A stretch of DNA of 64,000 bases from the human T2T-CHM13v2.0 reference genome, Homo sapiens: the NCBI RefSeq assembly GCF_009914755.1, contig NC_060930.1, one strand, 5' to 3'. The notes under the pieces were generated by a model. It ran no database searches, was not told the DNA's origin, and saw only the letters and a program-made list of their open reading frames with translations. Both the position numbers and the translations under genes were made by a program. Of the stretch, positions 1 through 13,362 are shown one piece after another (the first letter of the stretch is position 1; every line of letters begins with the position of its first letter).

Positions 1-130
1 GTGTTTATTTTCTCATCTATGTTCAATACAGTGGGGCCATTTCTCCCTCCTCGTAATTGTATGTCTGATGCCAACACAGTGACTAGTAGGGAGAAGAAAT
101 TCAATAAATATTTTCTAATGAATGGATAAA
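1..130 (+). mobile_element. LINE-2 3' end fragment
   Basis: Ends in ...ttcaataaatattttctaatgaatggataaa, resembling the L2 3' terminus (caataaatatttgttgaatgaat). Very diverged. Confidence 0.45.
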
Positions 131-1674
131 ATTTTTCGATGAATTAGTGGCTATATTTTTGACAGCATACCTCAGTTACAATCTACTCCAGATTGTATCC
201 TTCTGAAACTATTATTTTAAATACAGTTTGAAGTACTGCTTTTATTATTTTTCTATTAAATTATCTTCATAAATTACTGAACATATAATTGTATAAAGAT
301 GACTTCCAGTTTTGTCTTAGAAAATTATGCAGAAAAATCTATCTTACACATAAAAAGAAATAAATTTTAACTTACAATGTGAATTTTTAATGATAATTTA
401 AGAAGCTTTTTAATGAGCTTCAACACAAGGAACAATAATTAACTAGCTCTGTTTTGAAAAAAAGATTTTTTTATCTCTTTTGGATTTTAATGTTTTCTGC
501 AAATAACACTTTCTCCAGATGTCCAATATCCTATCTATTCTGTAAAGTTTTCTTTTTGTATATTTTGTTCAAACTCATCTGTACACAAACGTACATTTTA
601 ACTACATTTCAGGGAGATGGCCCTTTGTGTGGACAATATCATATTGTTGGACCACAGCTATGAATATGCTTCTGAGGATATTGCCAATTTCTTTTGCTAA
701 GCATTACCTTGGTCTTAGTAATTGTTCTACTTATGCAGGATAAAAAGTGAAAATGCCAAGTCAACTGTACGATTAAATGTGCTCAAGAGACAGACATTCA
801 GATATCTAAATGTTAACTTTATTAGAAATAGATTTTAGTAGTAATAATTAGTGATCACACTCCATATGCATGATAAAATTGATGAAAAAAAGTTAGGTAA
901 ATGTGAAATCTGCATATCTACGAAATAGTTTAAAATTTATACAAGACAATTAACTTCTATTCATCCTTCTGATAATAGCTCAAATAAAGCTTTCCCTGAG
1001 AAGCCTAGCCTGAATCCCTTTACTGAATTTAGTGACCCAGTTATTAGCTCTGCCTTTTCTCGTTGTAATCCTTGTAACAAGTTTTTAAAATGGATAATCT
1101 TGATAGATTATAAATCAAATATATCGACATCCTTCTCCAACCATTGCCTTCAACCAACAACTCAAAGGTTTTCTTTATTTTAAGCTTTTTGATATTAAAT
1201 TCTAATCTGACCTAAAATCATTTGTTGGTGAAAACTTATTTGATCACCTTTGAACTACTGAGAGTTTTATTCTCCAAATACACTGAGGATATATAACGGG
1301 AATATGTATTTTATCATGAGTTCTATCCCAAACTCTGTGAGTGTTTCTCAGCATATGATCTGTTATAAATTCCAATCTCAGGAGTTTCATGTAACAAATT
1401 TTGGGCTTGAACAGCACATATATGTGAAAACATTATGCTCTTTATTTTTAAATTTGTTTAAAAATTACATATCATCTGATTTTGTTACTAAAAGTATGAT
1501 ACCTCATCTTAAAAAGCCAGGTTCTTTACATTCCATCAATTAAATTGGAAATAACTTCCATCAAGTGGTAAGCTTGGCAGAGGCCAGGGACAATTTTTTA
1601 TTCTTCATTGTCTCTATGAACATTGTCCAGTATTTGGCACAAAGTAACTGTCCGCAGTATGACTAAATTAACAA

Positions 1675-1820
1675 AAAGAAGGAAGGAAAGAAGGAAGCAA
1701 AGAGGGAAGGAAGGAAGCAAGGAGGAAAGAAGGAAGGGGAGAAGGAAGGAAGGAAAGAAGAAAGGAAAGAAGGAAGGAAGGAAAAAAGGGAGGGAGGGAA
1801 GGAGGGAGAGGGAGGAATGG
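1675..1820 (+). repeat. Purine-rich (GGAA/GAAA)n low-complexity tract
   Basis: About 145 bp of aagg/gaaa units; source of the spurious K/E/G/R-rich ORF 1623-1823. Confidence 0.95.
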
Positions 1821-2396
1821 TAAACAGATTTGACTCAATTTAATACCTGAACTTTAGAATATGACTATATAATATACATATTAATATTACATATGAATAT
1901 TACATTCATATATATTCACATTGTACAAAAATTTAGACATTGTATATTATATATATAATATGTGTGTATGTACACTGCAGCATTATTGTATCTAGAAAAG
2001 AGAATTTGAAATATGTGAGGTTGCTAAGATCTCATATAAATATGTAATCTATTAAATACCAAAATATTTTCTTTTGAAGAATTTTAAAATAATGTCCTGT
2101 ACTAAGATCACAGAACAACTTAGCAGGAGTCTTTATTGATTTTCCTTATTTTTATTGTGAAGATTTTTCAGACATAATGAAAATTTAAAAGAATATTTCA
2201 CACAAGATTAATATAATATCCACCTATATTTAGTAATTGCTAACATATTACCATATATTACCCATTTCACTAAATATCTCTTTAGATAGGTAGAATCATG
2301 GATATCTGAATATTTTGGCCCAAAACATTTCAGCATGAAATTCCAATAAATTAGGGCATTCTCCCACAGTGCCAATGGGTAAGATTTATTTTTTAC

Positions 2397-2705
2397 TGCT
2401 GGACTGAGACAGCTCTATAATTATCTCCCAGAACATCTGAAAGTCTGGTACTGATTCCTGGCCAAAATGAGGGCAAGATTAAATACAGTCTGTTTAAAGT
2501 TTGAAACTCCTGTGGCTAGTTTATGTATTGATGGCTTACACCTGGTATAACCAGGCATGCAGCCTGACAAAAGGTTCACCTGGAAATTTGGGAGACCTTG
2601 CTTCTAAGTCAAAATTCCTCACAAAATCTTGATGGATTGTGTTTCAGAGATGAAGTATGTCCCATGCAAACACACATACACAATACAACACACACACACA
2701 ACACA

Positions 2706-2769
<64 letters not shown>

Positions 2770-2939
2770 ACAACCGTGGATAGAAGCACCTGAAATGTTT
2801 GCCGGAGTCTATGGTGCTTGCCTGCCCTTGCTTTCTTTTACTCCATCATCCTCTGCTGCTGTAGTAAAAGCCTCGTGTGCATATGCTCTACAGAGTCTTA
2901 TGAGTCTTTTCAGTATCCCAAACTGTGAAAACACTGACA
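2397..2939 (+). mobile_element. Solo LTR, probably ERVL class (MER54/73/74-like), containing a (CA)n microsatellite
   Basis: Starts TG(CTGGACTGAG), ends (TGA)CA, and has a polyA-signal-like agtaaaagcc followed by a typical U5 gagtcttatgagtc. Family not certain. Confidence 0.5.
2669..2766 (+). repeat. (CA)n microsatellite
   Basis: Long CA run seen directly. Confidence 0.97.
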
Positions 2940-4948
2940 ATAATCATTTTAACAACTATGAAAATTTTATACTAATTCCATAATATCTAATGTGTTCTCT
3001 ACATCCACCTTTTCCTAGTTCTTCACAATTCTCCCTTATATACTTCTAAAAAATAGTACCTCATCAATTTCATATTTTACATTTGTTTGGTAAGTCATCA
3101 TATCATTTTGTCTTTTTATCTATAACAATCTCACCACTTTTTAAACTAAGATGGACTTTTTGAAGTTCAGGTCAGTTATTATTGTGTAGAATGTTCTACA
3201 TCCTGTATTTGTTTGATAATTTCCTGCTGGTGTGGAGTAACTTGCCATGTGTTCCTGCATTTCTTGCACACTGGATATTAGGTTTAGAGGTATAACCACC
3301 CTTAGGTTAAACATTTTTATGGAATACTTTTCAAGTGGTGTGTTATTTATCACACATCAGAAGGTACATGCCAAGATGTCCTATTATTTCTGAAACTAAA
3401 TTACATTTGTGATTCAAGTTTTTGCACTTCTAATTTTCTTTTGTAACTTATAAGTAACTGTAGGATGATGCTTTTTTGGTCATGTTATAATCTGGTGCTG
3501 ATTCTCTACATTTTTGAAGTCACTAGATCTGCTACCTAATTATGCCAACTAAATTAAAATTTAAATGAAATTAACTGGTTTGATAGAGTAGCATTTTTAG
3601 TCAGAGCTCTTTCAATTGCCAACACTTCTAACTAAAAGACCTTTAGGCTAAATGAGTAGTAACTGGAAGATACTGGAGATATCAAGATTCAAAGGATGCT
3701 CTCTAGGAAGCAGAACAGCTCAAGGGTCCTGGCAAGTGGAACCAGGGACAGGACTCCATAGTGACTAAGGCTTCACTTCTCACCTCTGCTTCCATATGAG
3801 TGTAATGTTATTTTCTCCTATGACAGATAAGTTTATTTTTCACCATTAAAAGGTAAGAAACTCACTCATAACCAAAGTTGGAGGAGACAGTTTTTTTTTT
3901 CCCCAGCTTGCCTGTTAAAACCATAAGGAATGATTAATCTGCCATGGTGCTTGATGTGGCCCAGGGATGTGCTCAGACTGAGTCATGTAGGGGCAGGTGG
4001 TATTAACATTAGTTCAAACATGGAACCATGGCATGTGTTAGAAATAATGGCTTGTATTAGAAACTGGACATAAAATTGTTGTGAGCAAGAAAGTTACCTC
4101 AATTTGAGTCTACTAGAAGTTTCAGAGTGCCATTTCACATGGCCATAAAGTTCAGAAGTTCCAAAAGAAGCAAAAGTTTGACCAAGAAATCAGTGATTTC
4201 TTAAAAAAGAGAAATTGAGCTCAATCATGTTTTTTATATCTTCTACTGTACTAAAAGCTTTTTCTCAATAATTGACTAAAAGTTCATTAACTACTGCACA
4301 GACTTCAATATTTAGAAATGTAATACGGGCTTCCTAACTAAAAGTGAAGTTATTTTATTGTTGGAACTAGCTATTGTTAGAAAGACTCATTTGCTTTTTA
4401 TAATAAAATTTTACATATGATTTATAGATTTACAGATTATAACAATTTATAGATGATTACCTCGTTAATTTATTGAATAACCTGACTAAATTACTTAGTC
4501 ACTGAATTAAATACAACCCAGCCTTAATACTTTGGGTCAAGGAACATTGACCAAATATGTATTTATGCCACAGATTCCTTGAAATTTCTTACCAAAGTAA
4601 ATTGTTTCATGAAAAACACAGAAATAAATTGGTAACTAAATAAAACATATTCTATATTTCAACTTGAAAAATTAAAGAAATTCATAATTCTTAAAATCAA
4701 AGCAATGATCATTTGTTTCCTAATTATTATTATTGTGAATGTACTTAAAATTTTTGCTATGCTTTTAAGAAAGATGTACTTCTATTAAAAATTATTAAAA
4801 TAAACAGCAGAGAGACTGACTTTTCAAAATAGTTTATCTGGGAAGAGCAATGAACTGCAATTTGGGATATGCGTACCGTAGTGAACCATAGGCACATTTG
4901 AAAAACCTGGGGGAGCCAAAGCTTTTTTAAGGGTAAAAGGTGAAGTTC

Positions 4949-5509
4949 CCCATCAAACTACCATTGGCATTCTTCACAGAATTAGAAAAACCAATTTTAA
5001 ATTTCATATGGAATCAAAAAAGACCCCATATAGCCAAGACAATCCTAAGCATAAAGAACAAAACTGGAGGCATCACACTACCTGACTTCATTACTACAGG
5101 GCCTCAGTAACCAAAACAGCATGGAACTGGTACCAAAACAGACATATAGACCAATGAAGGTGAACATAGACCTCAGAAATACACCACACGTCTACAACCA
5201 CCTGATCTTTGACAAAAACAAGCAATGGGAAAGGATCCCATATTCAGTAATAATGTGGGAAATCTGGCTAGCCATATACAGGAAACTGAAACTTGACCCC
5301 TTCCTTACACCTTATACAAAAATTAACTCAAGATGGATTAAAGACTTAAATGTAAAACCCCAAACCATAAAAACCCTAGAAGAAAACCTAGGCAACAACA
5401 TTCAGGACATAGGCATGGTGGGCAAAGACTTCATGACAAAAATGCCAAAAGCAATTGCAACAAAAGCCAAAATTGACAATGGGATCTAATTAAACTAAAG
5501 AGCTTCTGC

Positions 5510-5541
<32 letters not shown>

Positions 5542-6487
5542 CTATCATCAAAGTGAACAAGCAACCTACAGACTGGGAGAAAATTTTTGCAATCTACCCA
5601 TCTGACAATGATCTAATATCCAGAATTTACAAGGGACTTAAACATGTTTACAAGAGAAAGACAAACAACGCCATCAAAAAGTGGGCAAAGGATATGAACA
5701 GACACGTCTCAAAAAAAGACATTTACGTGGCCAAAAAACATACGAAAGAAGCTCAACATCACTGATCACCAGAGAAATGCAAATCAAAACCACAGTGAGA
5801 TGCCATTTCACGCCGATTAGAATGGAGATTATTAAAAAGTCAGGAAACAATACTGGAGAGGATGTGGAGAAATGGGAACGCTCTTACACTGTTGGTGGGA
5901 AAGTTAATTAATTCAACCATTGTGGAAGACAGTATGGGCATTCCTCAAGGATCTAGAACTAGAAATACCATTTGACCCAGCAATCCCATTACTAGGTATA
6001 TACCCAAAGAATATAAATCATTCTACTATAAGGGAACATACATATATATATTTATTGCAGCACTATGTACAATAGCAAAGACATGGACCCAACCCAAATG
6101 CCCATCACTGATAGACTGGATAAAGAAAATGTGGTACATATACACCATGGAATACTATGCAGGTATAAAAAGGAATGAGAGCATGTCCTTTACAGAAACA
6201 TGGATGAAACTGGAAGCCATCATCCTCAGCAAACTAACACAGGAACAGAAAACCAAATACCGCATGTTCTTACTCGTAAGTGGGATTCAAATATTGAGAA
6301 CAAATGGACACAGAGAAGGAAACAACACACACTGGGGCCTGTTGGAGGTCAGGGGAGTGAGGGGAGGGAACTTAGATGATAGGTTGAAAAGTGTAGCAAA
6401 CCACCATGGCATACGTATACCTGCAGTTCTGCACATATATCCCTTTTGTTTGTTTTTTGAAGAAGAAGAAGAAATAAAGAAAAAAAA
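4949..6487 (+). mobile_element. 5'-truncated L1PA (L1PA7/8-like): ORF2 3' part and 3' UTR
   Basis: ORF2 C-terminal peptides ([21 protein letters not shown]; MWYIYTMEYYA) with frameshifts. TSD AAAAGGTGAAGTTC at 4935-4948 and 6484-6497. Confidence 0.95.
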
Positions 6488-6634
6488 GGTGAAGTTCATG
6501 TAAGTTATTTTAAAATAAACTGCACATACAAACCTGCACATTCTGCACATATATCCCTTTTGTTTGTTTTTTTTGAAGAAGAAGAAATAAAGAAAAAAAA
6601 AGGTGAAGTTCATGTAAGTTATTTTAAAATAAAC
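6421..6634 (+). repeat. ~114-bp tandem duplication of L1 tail + TSD + flanking LTR sequence
   Basis: ttctgcacatatatcccttttgtttgt...aaaaggtgaagttcatgtaagttattttaaaataaac occurs twice (to 6520 and to 6634). Confidence 0.95.
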
Positions 6635-6999
6635 CTCTTTGGCCCCAGAAGCTTATTGCTGGTATGGACAAATACTCACTGGTGATACTGGCTATTGCTG
6701 GGAAGATGTCTTCATAGAAGCGTCGTATCTAAAATTTTTGTAGTTTTCAGAGAGTCCTTGCAATAATTCTTTTAGAGACATCCATGCATGAAGGGCCTTC
6801 TTTTATACTCTCCCAGCTCCATTTTGTTGTGGTTTGACTTAAGTGAGTCAACTTCTTTGCTGGTAACTTTAACATTTCCCCCTTTTGACCAAGACTTTTT
6901 TCTGAAAGCATTGCTGATTAATCAGCCTATAGTTAGGTTTTGATTGTTTCTTGGTGCTGGAGTGGACCTTTCCCAGTTAGTCTGATCCTGCATCAGAGA

Positions 7000-7700
7000 T
7001 GAATGGCCAGCAACTAAGAGCGGATGTCAAAACCCTTTTAGTCACATTTAAGAAACAAAGAGGTTCAGAAGGAGTGGCTCTCAGGATAAATCTGCCTGGA
7101 GTTCATTGCTAAGTTCAATTTTGTCAGTTCCATAGGCATTGACTACCATTTGGAAGTTCTGGACCAGTGTTATTCTGTTAGATGCATCATTTCTGCAGAG
7201 GTTGGACAGGAAACAGATAAAAAGTTTAAAAAGAATGATGCGGTACAAAATTAATAGTAACATGATAATATTGTCTATGAACATGGACCCAAAGGCAGCC
7301 AACTAATGAATCAAAAGTCTATGTGAGACTGAGTGAGATCTGTTGTAGCCATAAAGCCTGTCTTGCTATTTTATGCAATTAGGTCTTGACTTCCCCAGAG
7401 AAATATATTCAGGTACAGCATGTAGTTATTAGCAATGGCACAGACATTCTTGTTCAACCAGTAGATAATTGAGAGTTATCTCATCCTGTTCTGTTGTGTT
7501 ATCTACGGCTACTCAGCAAGATACTTTAATGAGCACTGCTGGGCGGCAATAGCCTTTGCAGTGAAGCCTGCAATGAAACCCAAGGTGGCAAATAAGTCAT
7601 TAGGGATGTTGCCATAGTTACCCACTGGGTGGACTAAAGGATCCCTTAGGTCATGTAAAGATGTGGGTTTGACACGACAGATCCAAAACTTCATTCAGTT
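7000..7700 (-). pseudogene. Degraded retroviral env transmembrane region
   Basis: Minus strand reads TAKAIAAQQCSLKYLAE, then remnants of DN...LNYLLVEQ (immunosuppressive domain) and VCAIAN..CC (CX6CC), then a hydrophobic TM segment (IIMLLLILYRIILF). Disrupted by stops and frameshifts. Confidence 0.75.
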
Positions 7701-9587
7701 ACGGAAGCTACTGAATGTGAAATTCTAACCACAGCGTTGTTCTGCCAAGTGAAAAATGTAGGCATAAGCAAGAAAAAAAAGATAAGAAGGACAAGAGTCC
7801 AGTTTTGTTACAATGTCTTGGGAAAAGCTTTCCACACTGTGATGTCATCAACTTCTTACTCTGGTTTGTAGTTTGAATGTTCCTGGGTATAGCATGGGGC
7901 ATTTTAGTCAATTCTCTTTGTAGCCCACAAAATAGCCATGAGATTTCTCTCTTGACATTTACATGGAGTTTTCTGGCTCCAACTTATAGGACTTTAGGAA
8001 CAAGGCAGTTTATGTTCTTAGTTGGAGAATCGTAGCCAGATGTTGGAGGAAATTAGAATAATTAAGTGCCCTAATTTAGAGATAGATGACAAAAACTTGA
8101 AAAAAACAAAGAAAACTACAATCTAATAACAGGTGTACTGCAGTTTTTCTTCAGAAACATGATTTTTCTCTGTACAATCATCCCTATTTCTACTAAAGAT
8201 AATCAGAGTAAGACTAATTTGTCTGCTGAATAAGTTTAGTCTCATTAAACTTGGCATGATTATTGACAACAGTGTAGCAAGAAAAGGGATGAAACATGGG
8301 CTGTTTTTAAGTTTATTTTGATGGAACTTTTGATAAGAAATCTCAGATTAGACTTTTAAAAGCCTTCCAAGGGTCAGAGGTCAAAGGAGGGCAAACATCA
8401 GACTTTGGCTGCAGTATCTAAAAATTTGCATGAATTTCTCTCTTCTTGAGGTCTCCAATATATCTTGACGTTCCTGGCCTGTCAAGAGGTAAAAATGTTT
8501 ATTCACTCACTGTGAGCTTGGGAATCCTTGAAGCTAGGCATCCTATGCATAGTCTCAAATATCACATTCAAGTCAAGCCATTTATAATATAACCAATGTT
8601 TCTAATTCTATCCTGTTACAAAGAGAATAGATTTTTATTGAATTTATGCAAATAACTATGTTGCCATAAAATAAAAATATCAATAAGAGCTCTCTGAAGA
8701 CTGCAGGCTCAGGTAGGAAGAAAAAATAAATATTTCCATTTTTATTTATAAAAGTATACTTTACCAAATTTCTGTATGCTATAGATAGCTTTTTAAAAGT
8801 TTTCTCAAATCTGGAAAACAAAAAATTTTAAAAAACAGCAAAGTGTTAAACAAAAAGTCACTCGAAAATATTGCCATCAGTTTGTTTAGTCCCATTCATT
8901 AAACTTATTCTACTTGATCTGGGTTAGATGTTTTAAGAAGCCATCGTTTCTTCATTAGAGTTCTGGAAATTCTTTCCCAGTCCAGTGGTATAATCTTAAA
9001 CTCATAAGAAATCTAAATTCCAGCATACTTGTTAGAGTCCTTTTCATGAACCTCCTTGCAGAGGAAGTATTTTTCTTTCTTCATTTTAATTTATTCTCTA
9101 CAATACTTCATTAGGGAGTTCAATGATTTGCACTCAGAAGTTAAATAGCCAAGAGGCAAGCAAGTATAATAAACTTCAGAATTGGACTGAGGTTGTTGCA
9201 CTGAAGGCCATGTAGTCTTTTGCTTCAGGGAAATAACAACAAAAATAACCAAAATGAACACATAGCTCCCTAGGCTTCTGAATCTCAATAGAAAATAACA
9301 TCAACATTTAATGAAATTGTAGATATTAACACATCATGGGAAAAAAGATACTGTGCAAAATATTATAATTAACACTGGGCACTTCTTTTGTCTAGATTTT
9401 TATTATAAACAATAAAATATATGTAATATCTTAACTACAAACCTTTCATGTTGAAAGGGCATCTAACATAACTTGTTTTAACATTATGAAGGGAAAAAGT
9501 TTAGAAATTTCAAAGTGGAAACAATCCAACACTAACAAACTATAGTGATCAAAAGTATTAACTTTTAAAGAAAAACAAGGACAATTC

Positions 9588-9769
9588 ATAAAAGTAGAAC
9601 TACCATTTGATCCAGCAATCTTACTGGTTATCTACCCAGAGGAAAAGAAGTCATTACACAAAAAAGATACTTGCACATGCACGTTTATAACAGCACAATT
9701 AGCAATTGCAAAAATGTGGAACCAGCCTAAATGCCCGTGAATCAATGAGTGAATAAACTGTGGTATATA

Positions 9770-9811
<42 letters not shown>

Positions 9812-10220
9812 CGATGCATATGTATATATATATATGCATAAATACATATATGTGATGGAATACTACTCAGCCATAAAAAGGAATGAATTAATGGCATTCA
9901 TAATAACCTGGATGGGATTGGAGACTATTATTCTAAGTGAAGTATCTCAGGAATGGAAAACCAAACATTGTATGTTCTCACTCTTAAGTGGGAGCTAAGC
10001 TATGAAGATGCAAAGGCATAAGAATGATACAGTGGACTTTGGGGACTCAAGGGAAAGAGTGGGAAAGGCATGAGGGGTAAAAGACTACAAATTGAGTTCA
10101 GTGTATACTGCTCGGGTGATGTGTGCACCAAAATCTCACAAATCACCACTAAAGAACTTACTCATGTAACCAAATACCTCATGTTCTCCAAAAACCTATG
10201 GAAGTAAAAAATTTAAAAAA
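9588..10220 (+). mobile_element. L1PB/L1MA1-2 class 3' end with internal (TG)n
   Basis: MEYYSAIKRNELMAF...ETIILSEVSQEWKTKHCMFSL, then 3' UTR gggagctaagctatga...aatcaccactaaagaacttactcatgtaacc and an A-rich tail. Confidence 0.9.
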
Positions 10221-13200
10221 TTACAGAAAGGGAATGTGTTATGAGACAAGCCAAGTTTATAGACCAAAACATGCTCATAGCTAGGGATGAAACAAACCAC
10301 AAACCAAGCCAGCAAAGTTGGGTTGATTCCTTGAAAAGAATGGTTACCTATTGTCCAGATTGAGTAGCCCAAAAACAAAGGAAACACTGAGCGTAAAACA
10401 TTCCCTTTTTTTTTAAACCTACCACTCACACCACATGCACTGATCACTCTCATCACTGCTTTGGTAAAGCATGTAGGATGCAGTTCAGTTTCAATTTGGA
10501 GCTGTTACCTCCCCAGGCAAAGCTGCCACACAGATGATCCAGACTTGGTGTTTTTCCTGAGAGCCACCTGCCACACATTTTCATGAGGTGACCGTGACTA
10601 TACACATCCAGGCTACTTCCTGACTAGGCCCTGTTCAGGAAGCATCCTGAGGTGTCCATTCCTCGTGGAGCCAAATAGTTCCCTTGGTTGACTCCTGAGT
10701 CCCCTTGGCAAGCCAAGCAGAATTCAAGCATTTCTACTGCTAGCCTTGTGTGGGAGCATGAGCGAATGTAAAGGGAGCAAGGCTCTTCACTCCATAAACC
10801 ACAGCCTAGTTCGGGGTGGTGCTGGACCAGCCCTATTCTTGGGTACTGAATTTCTTTTTCTCATTTGTTGGGATTTTAAATTTTCTATTTATTTTCTTAA
10901 ATGGCAGGTATCCTACTGCATCTTCAATAAAATAAAATATATACATATATATGTTACACACTGGAGAAAACAAATAGGGGAACAGTTTGATAGTTTAGCA
11001 CCATTTTTTGCTTTTATTTAACCTTTAGAAGTAAAACACAATTATTAAAATAGAATGCTTCAGCAGTAATAAGTGTAGCCCTATGTATCAATATTATTGT
11101 ACAAATTGGATGTGGGTGGCTTAATCCAGAGCTGACCACCCTGATAATAATCCAGAAAAAAACTATTGTTACATCTGTTTGTAACAAGACATTTATTATT
11201 CTCAGCACCAGGACATCATTAAATGACTCCTTGATCTTCATTTACTTCACCAAGGGAAACATGGCAGGCTACAGAAACTCAGCACAGCAGTTAGTGGGGC
11301 TGTGCCCTGGGTGCCCTGATGTCACCCACATTTCCCTTGCATGTCTCAGGTCCTAATGAGCAGTGCAGGACAATGTTGAGCCAACCTACTCACCCGTGCC
11401 CATTCCTTCCCAGAAACTTAAAGGTGATCCCTATAATAGCACATATGTCCTTTCCCAAATTGTGTCTTTGCTCCCCTAACCCCATTCTTGGCAGAAGAAA
11501 AAACAAAACATCTCTTGACTTGAATATTTGCTTATTTTAGAAACCTACACAATCACCATAAACTTAAAAAAAAAAATCAAAATGTTGTTTTCACTGGGTT
11601 GACACCTATCTGCTTCAAGAATTCTCTAAGCATGTTGTTGAAAACCAGTGTAACATCTTTAGGATCTTTCTCCCAACTGACCAGTCTTCCTGTGAATCAT
11701 TTCAGCAGTTCCTTTGTGGCGATGTTTACAAAGCATCTTCTAAGTCCCCTAATTCTATGAGCTTTGCTATCAAAATAGTGAAGAATAGGCAAGGGGGAGA
11801 AAAAAACTAGCTGACAGCTATTTGGAAATCAGCAACAATGTGAAAGAGAAATGTATCACATGAAAGTTTGAAAGACATGGAATAAATGAGCTCCTTGGAA
11901 ATTTGCCCTGGCGGAGTGAAGATTCCCACTTTATCTTCTTAGGCAAGATAAAGATTGACCTTATGTAATTACACAGCTTTGTTTAAGCATCCTGTGAAAG
12001 ACTGAAAAATCAACTGTCTTCCTAACTCTACAGGCAAACTAGAAAAAGGATCTCCCTGCTTACTGGTCCCTCAGGATGTTTTCCTGAAAAGAAAACCAGC
12101 TTAGAGATACTGGATTTTCTTCTATGACAAAGTGTCCTCTTAAAGTCCAACCCAAACTTGTTTGCACACTTACACTTCTGAAAGCCTAGGTCCAACTATA
12201 GGGCTGATACCGGGAGAGAAGTGAAGTAGCTGGGTGGTGAGGAAGTGGTCTCTCCTTTCACATCTCTGTGCAGTAATGATATCAAGACCCCTCGTGGACA
12301 TCTCTATTCCATTCCTCAGTCAGTGACACCACAGAGCTCTGTTTGATACCAGGAGACTTAATGCAGGAAAAGTGACAGAAAGTCCAACTGATAGGATGAA
12401 AATTATAATCTTCAAGGATTATTGAGCCCTGAGATCTGTAATGCTATCATAGGGTTTCTGATCCTGATGTGGGTCTCTGTCCAGGATCCTTGAAGAAATT
12501 ATGGCACCCACATCCAACCCTAACATAGCTTCCACTTACGAAACAAGGAGGTTGTAATGAACTCTTGGTATGTAATAAACTGGAAGTTCAAAAATGTAAT
12601 TTAAAACAATCTAAAAGAATTTAATGTTGGTCTCCATTGCACAGACTGCTAGGGGAATATATCAACTTGATTTGGGGAGGCTGTAGAGGTATATAGAGGA
12701 GTATATGGGTTAAACCTTAATGGATCATCAGTTTCAGAGAAGAGGCAATTTTTTATTGTAGCTGATTGCAAATGCTTTTAGAAAAGAATGAAAGCAATCA
12801 GTCCCTGTGGATGACAGACTTAGAGTGGCCATGGTTAAAAATCTCATGGAGTTTATTATAATAATAATGTAATTGACAAAGAAATTTGTTTATTTCTGTG
12901 GCATACAAAACTTGAAGATAATAACCAAGATTATGACCGATAACATATCAGATTTTGAAGAATTTAATATAATTTTGTAACACATATCAATAACATTCTG
13001 AAATACAACTTAAAGAAGGTTTAGCACCACTTAGTATTTGACAATACTCCCTATATAATTTAATATATCAAGTAAGTCTTATTAGTTTAATATATCTCTT
13101 TACAATGTGAGATACACATTCTTTGATCTTTCCAGGGGTCCAAATGAGAAATATCAAAATTAACTTGAGGGCAAAAAGAGTTAATTTAAAATATTATTTT

Positions 13201-13362
13201 GGGAAGTTTGTCAAAAACATCAAACAGTTTAAAACACTTTGTCAGAGTACAATAACAGGTAACCAAAATGAAAATTAAAAGATTTCAAAAAATAAATGTA
13301 GAAATTTACATAATTGTCAACAAAAACATAGGTTTTTAATACTGAGAACACTTACTTTTCTC

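Larger units (their letters stand above)
4793..6874 (-). mobile_element. 3' LTR (MER65-like), split by an L1PA insertion
   Basis: 4793-4948 and 6612-6874 align with the LTR at 17183-17973 (e.g. gaagcttattgc, aaatactca, gatgtcttca, tcccagct). Confidence 0.8.

Noticed and set aside
1623-1823. Lys/Glu/Arg/Gly-rich ORF
   Set aside because: Translation of the GGAA tract.
2598-2983. ORFs with HT/TH repeats
   Set aside because: Translations of the (CA)n microsatellite.
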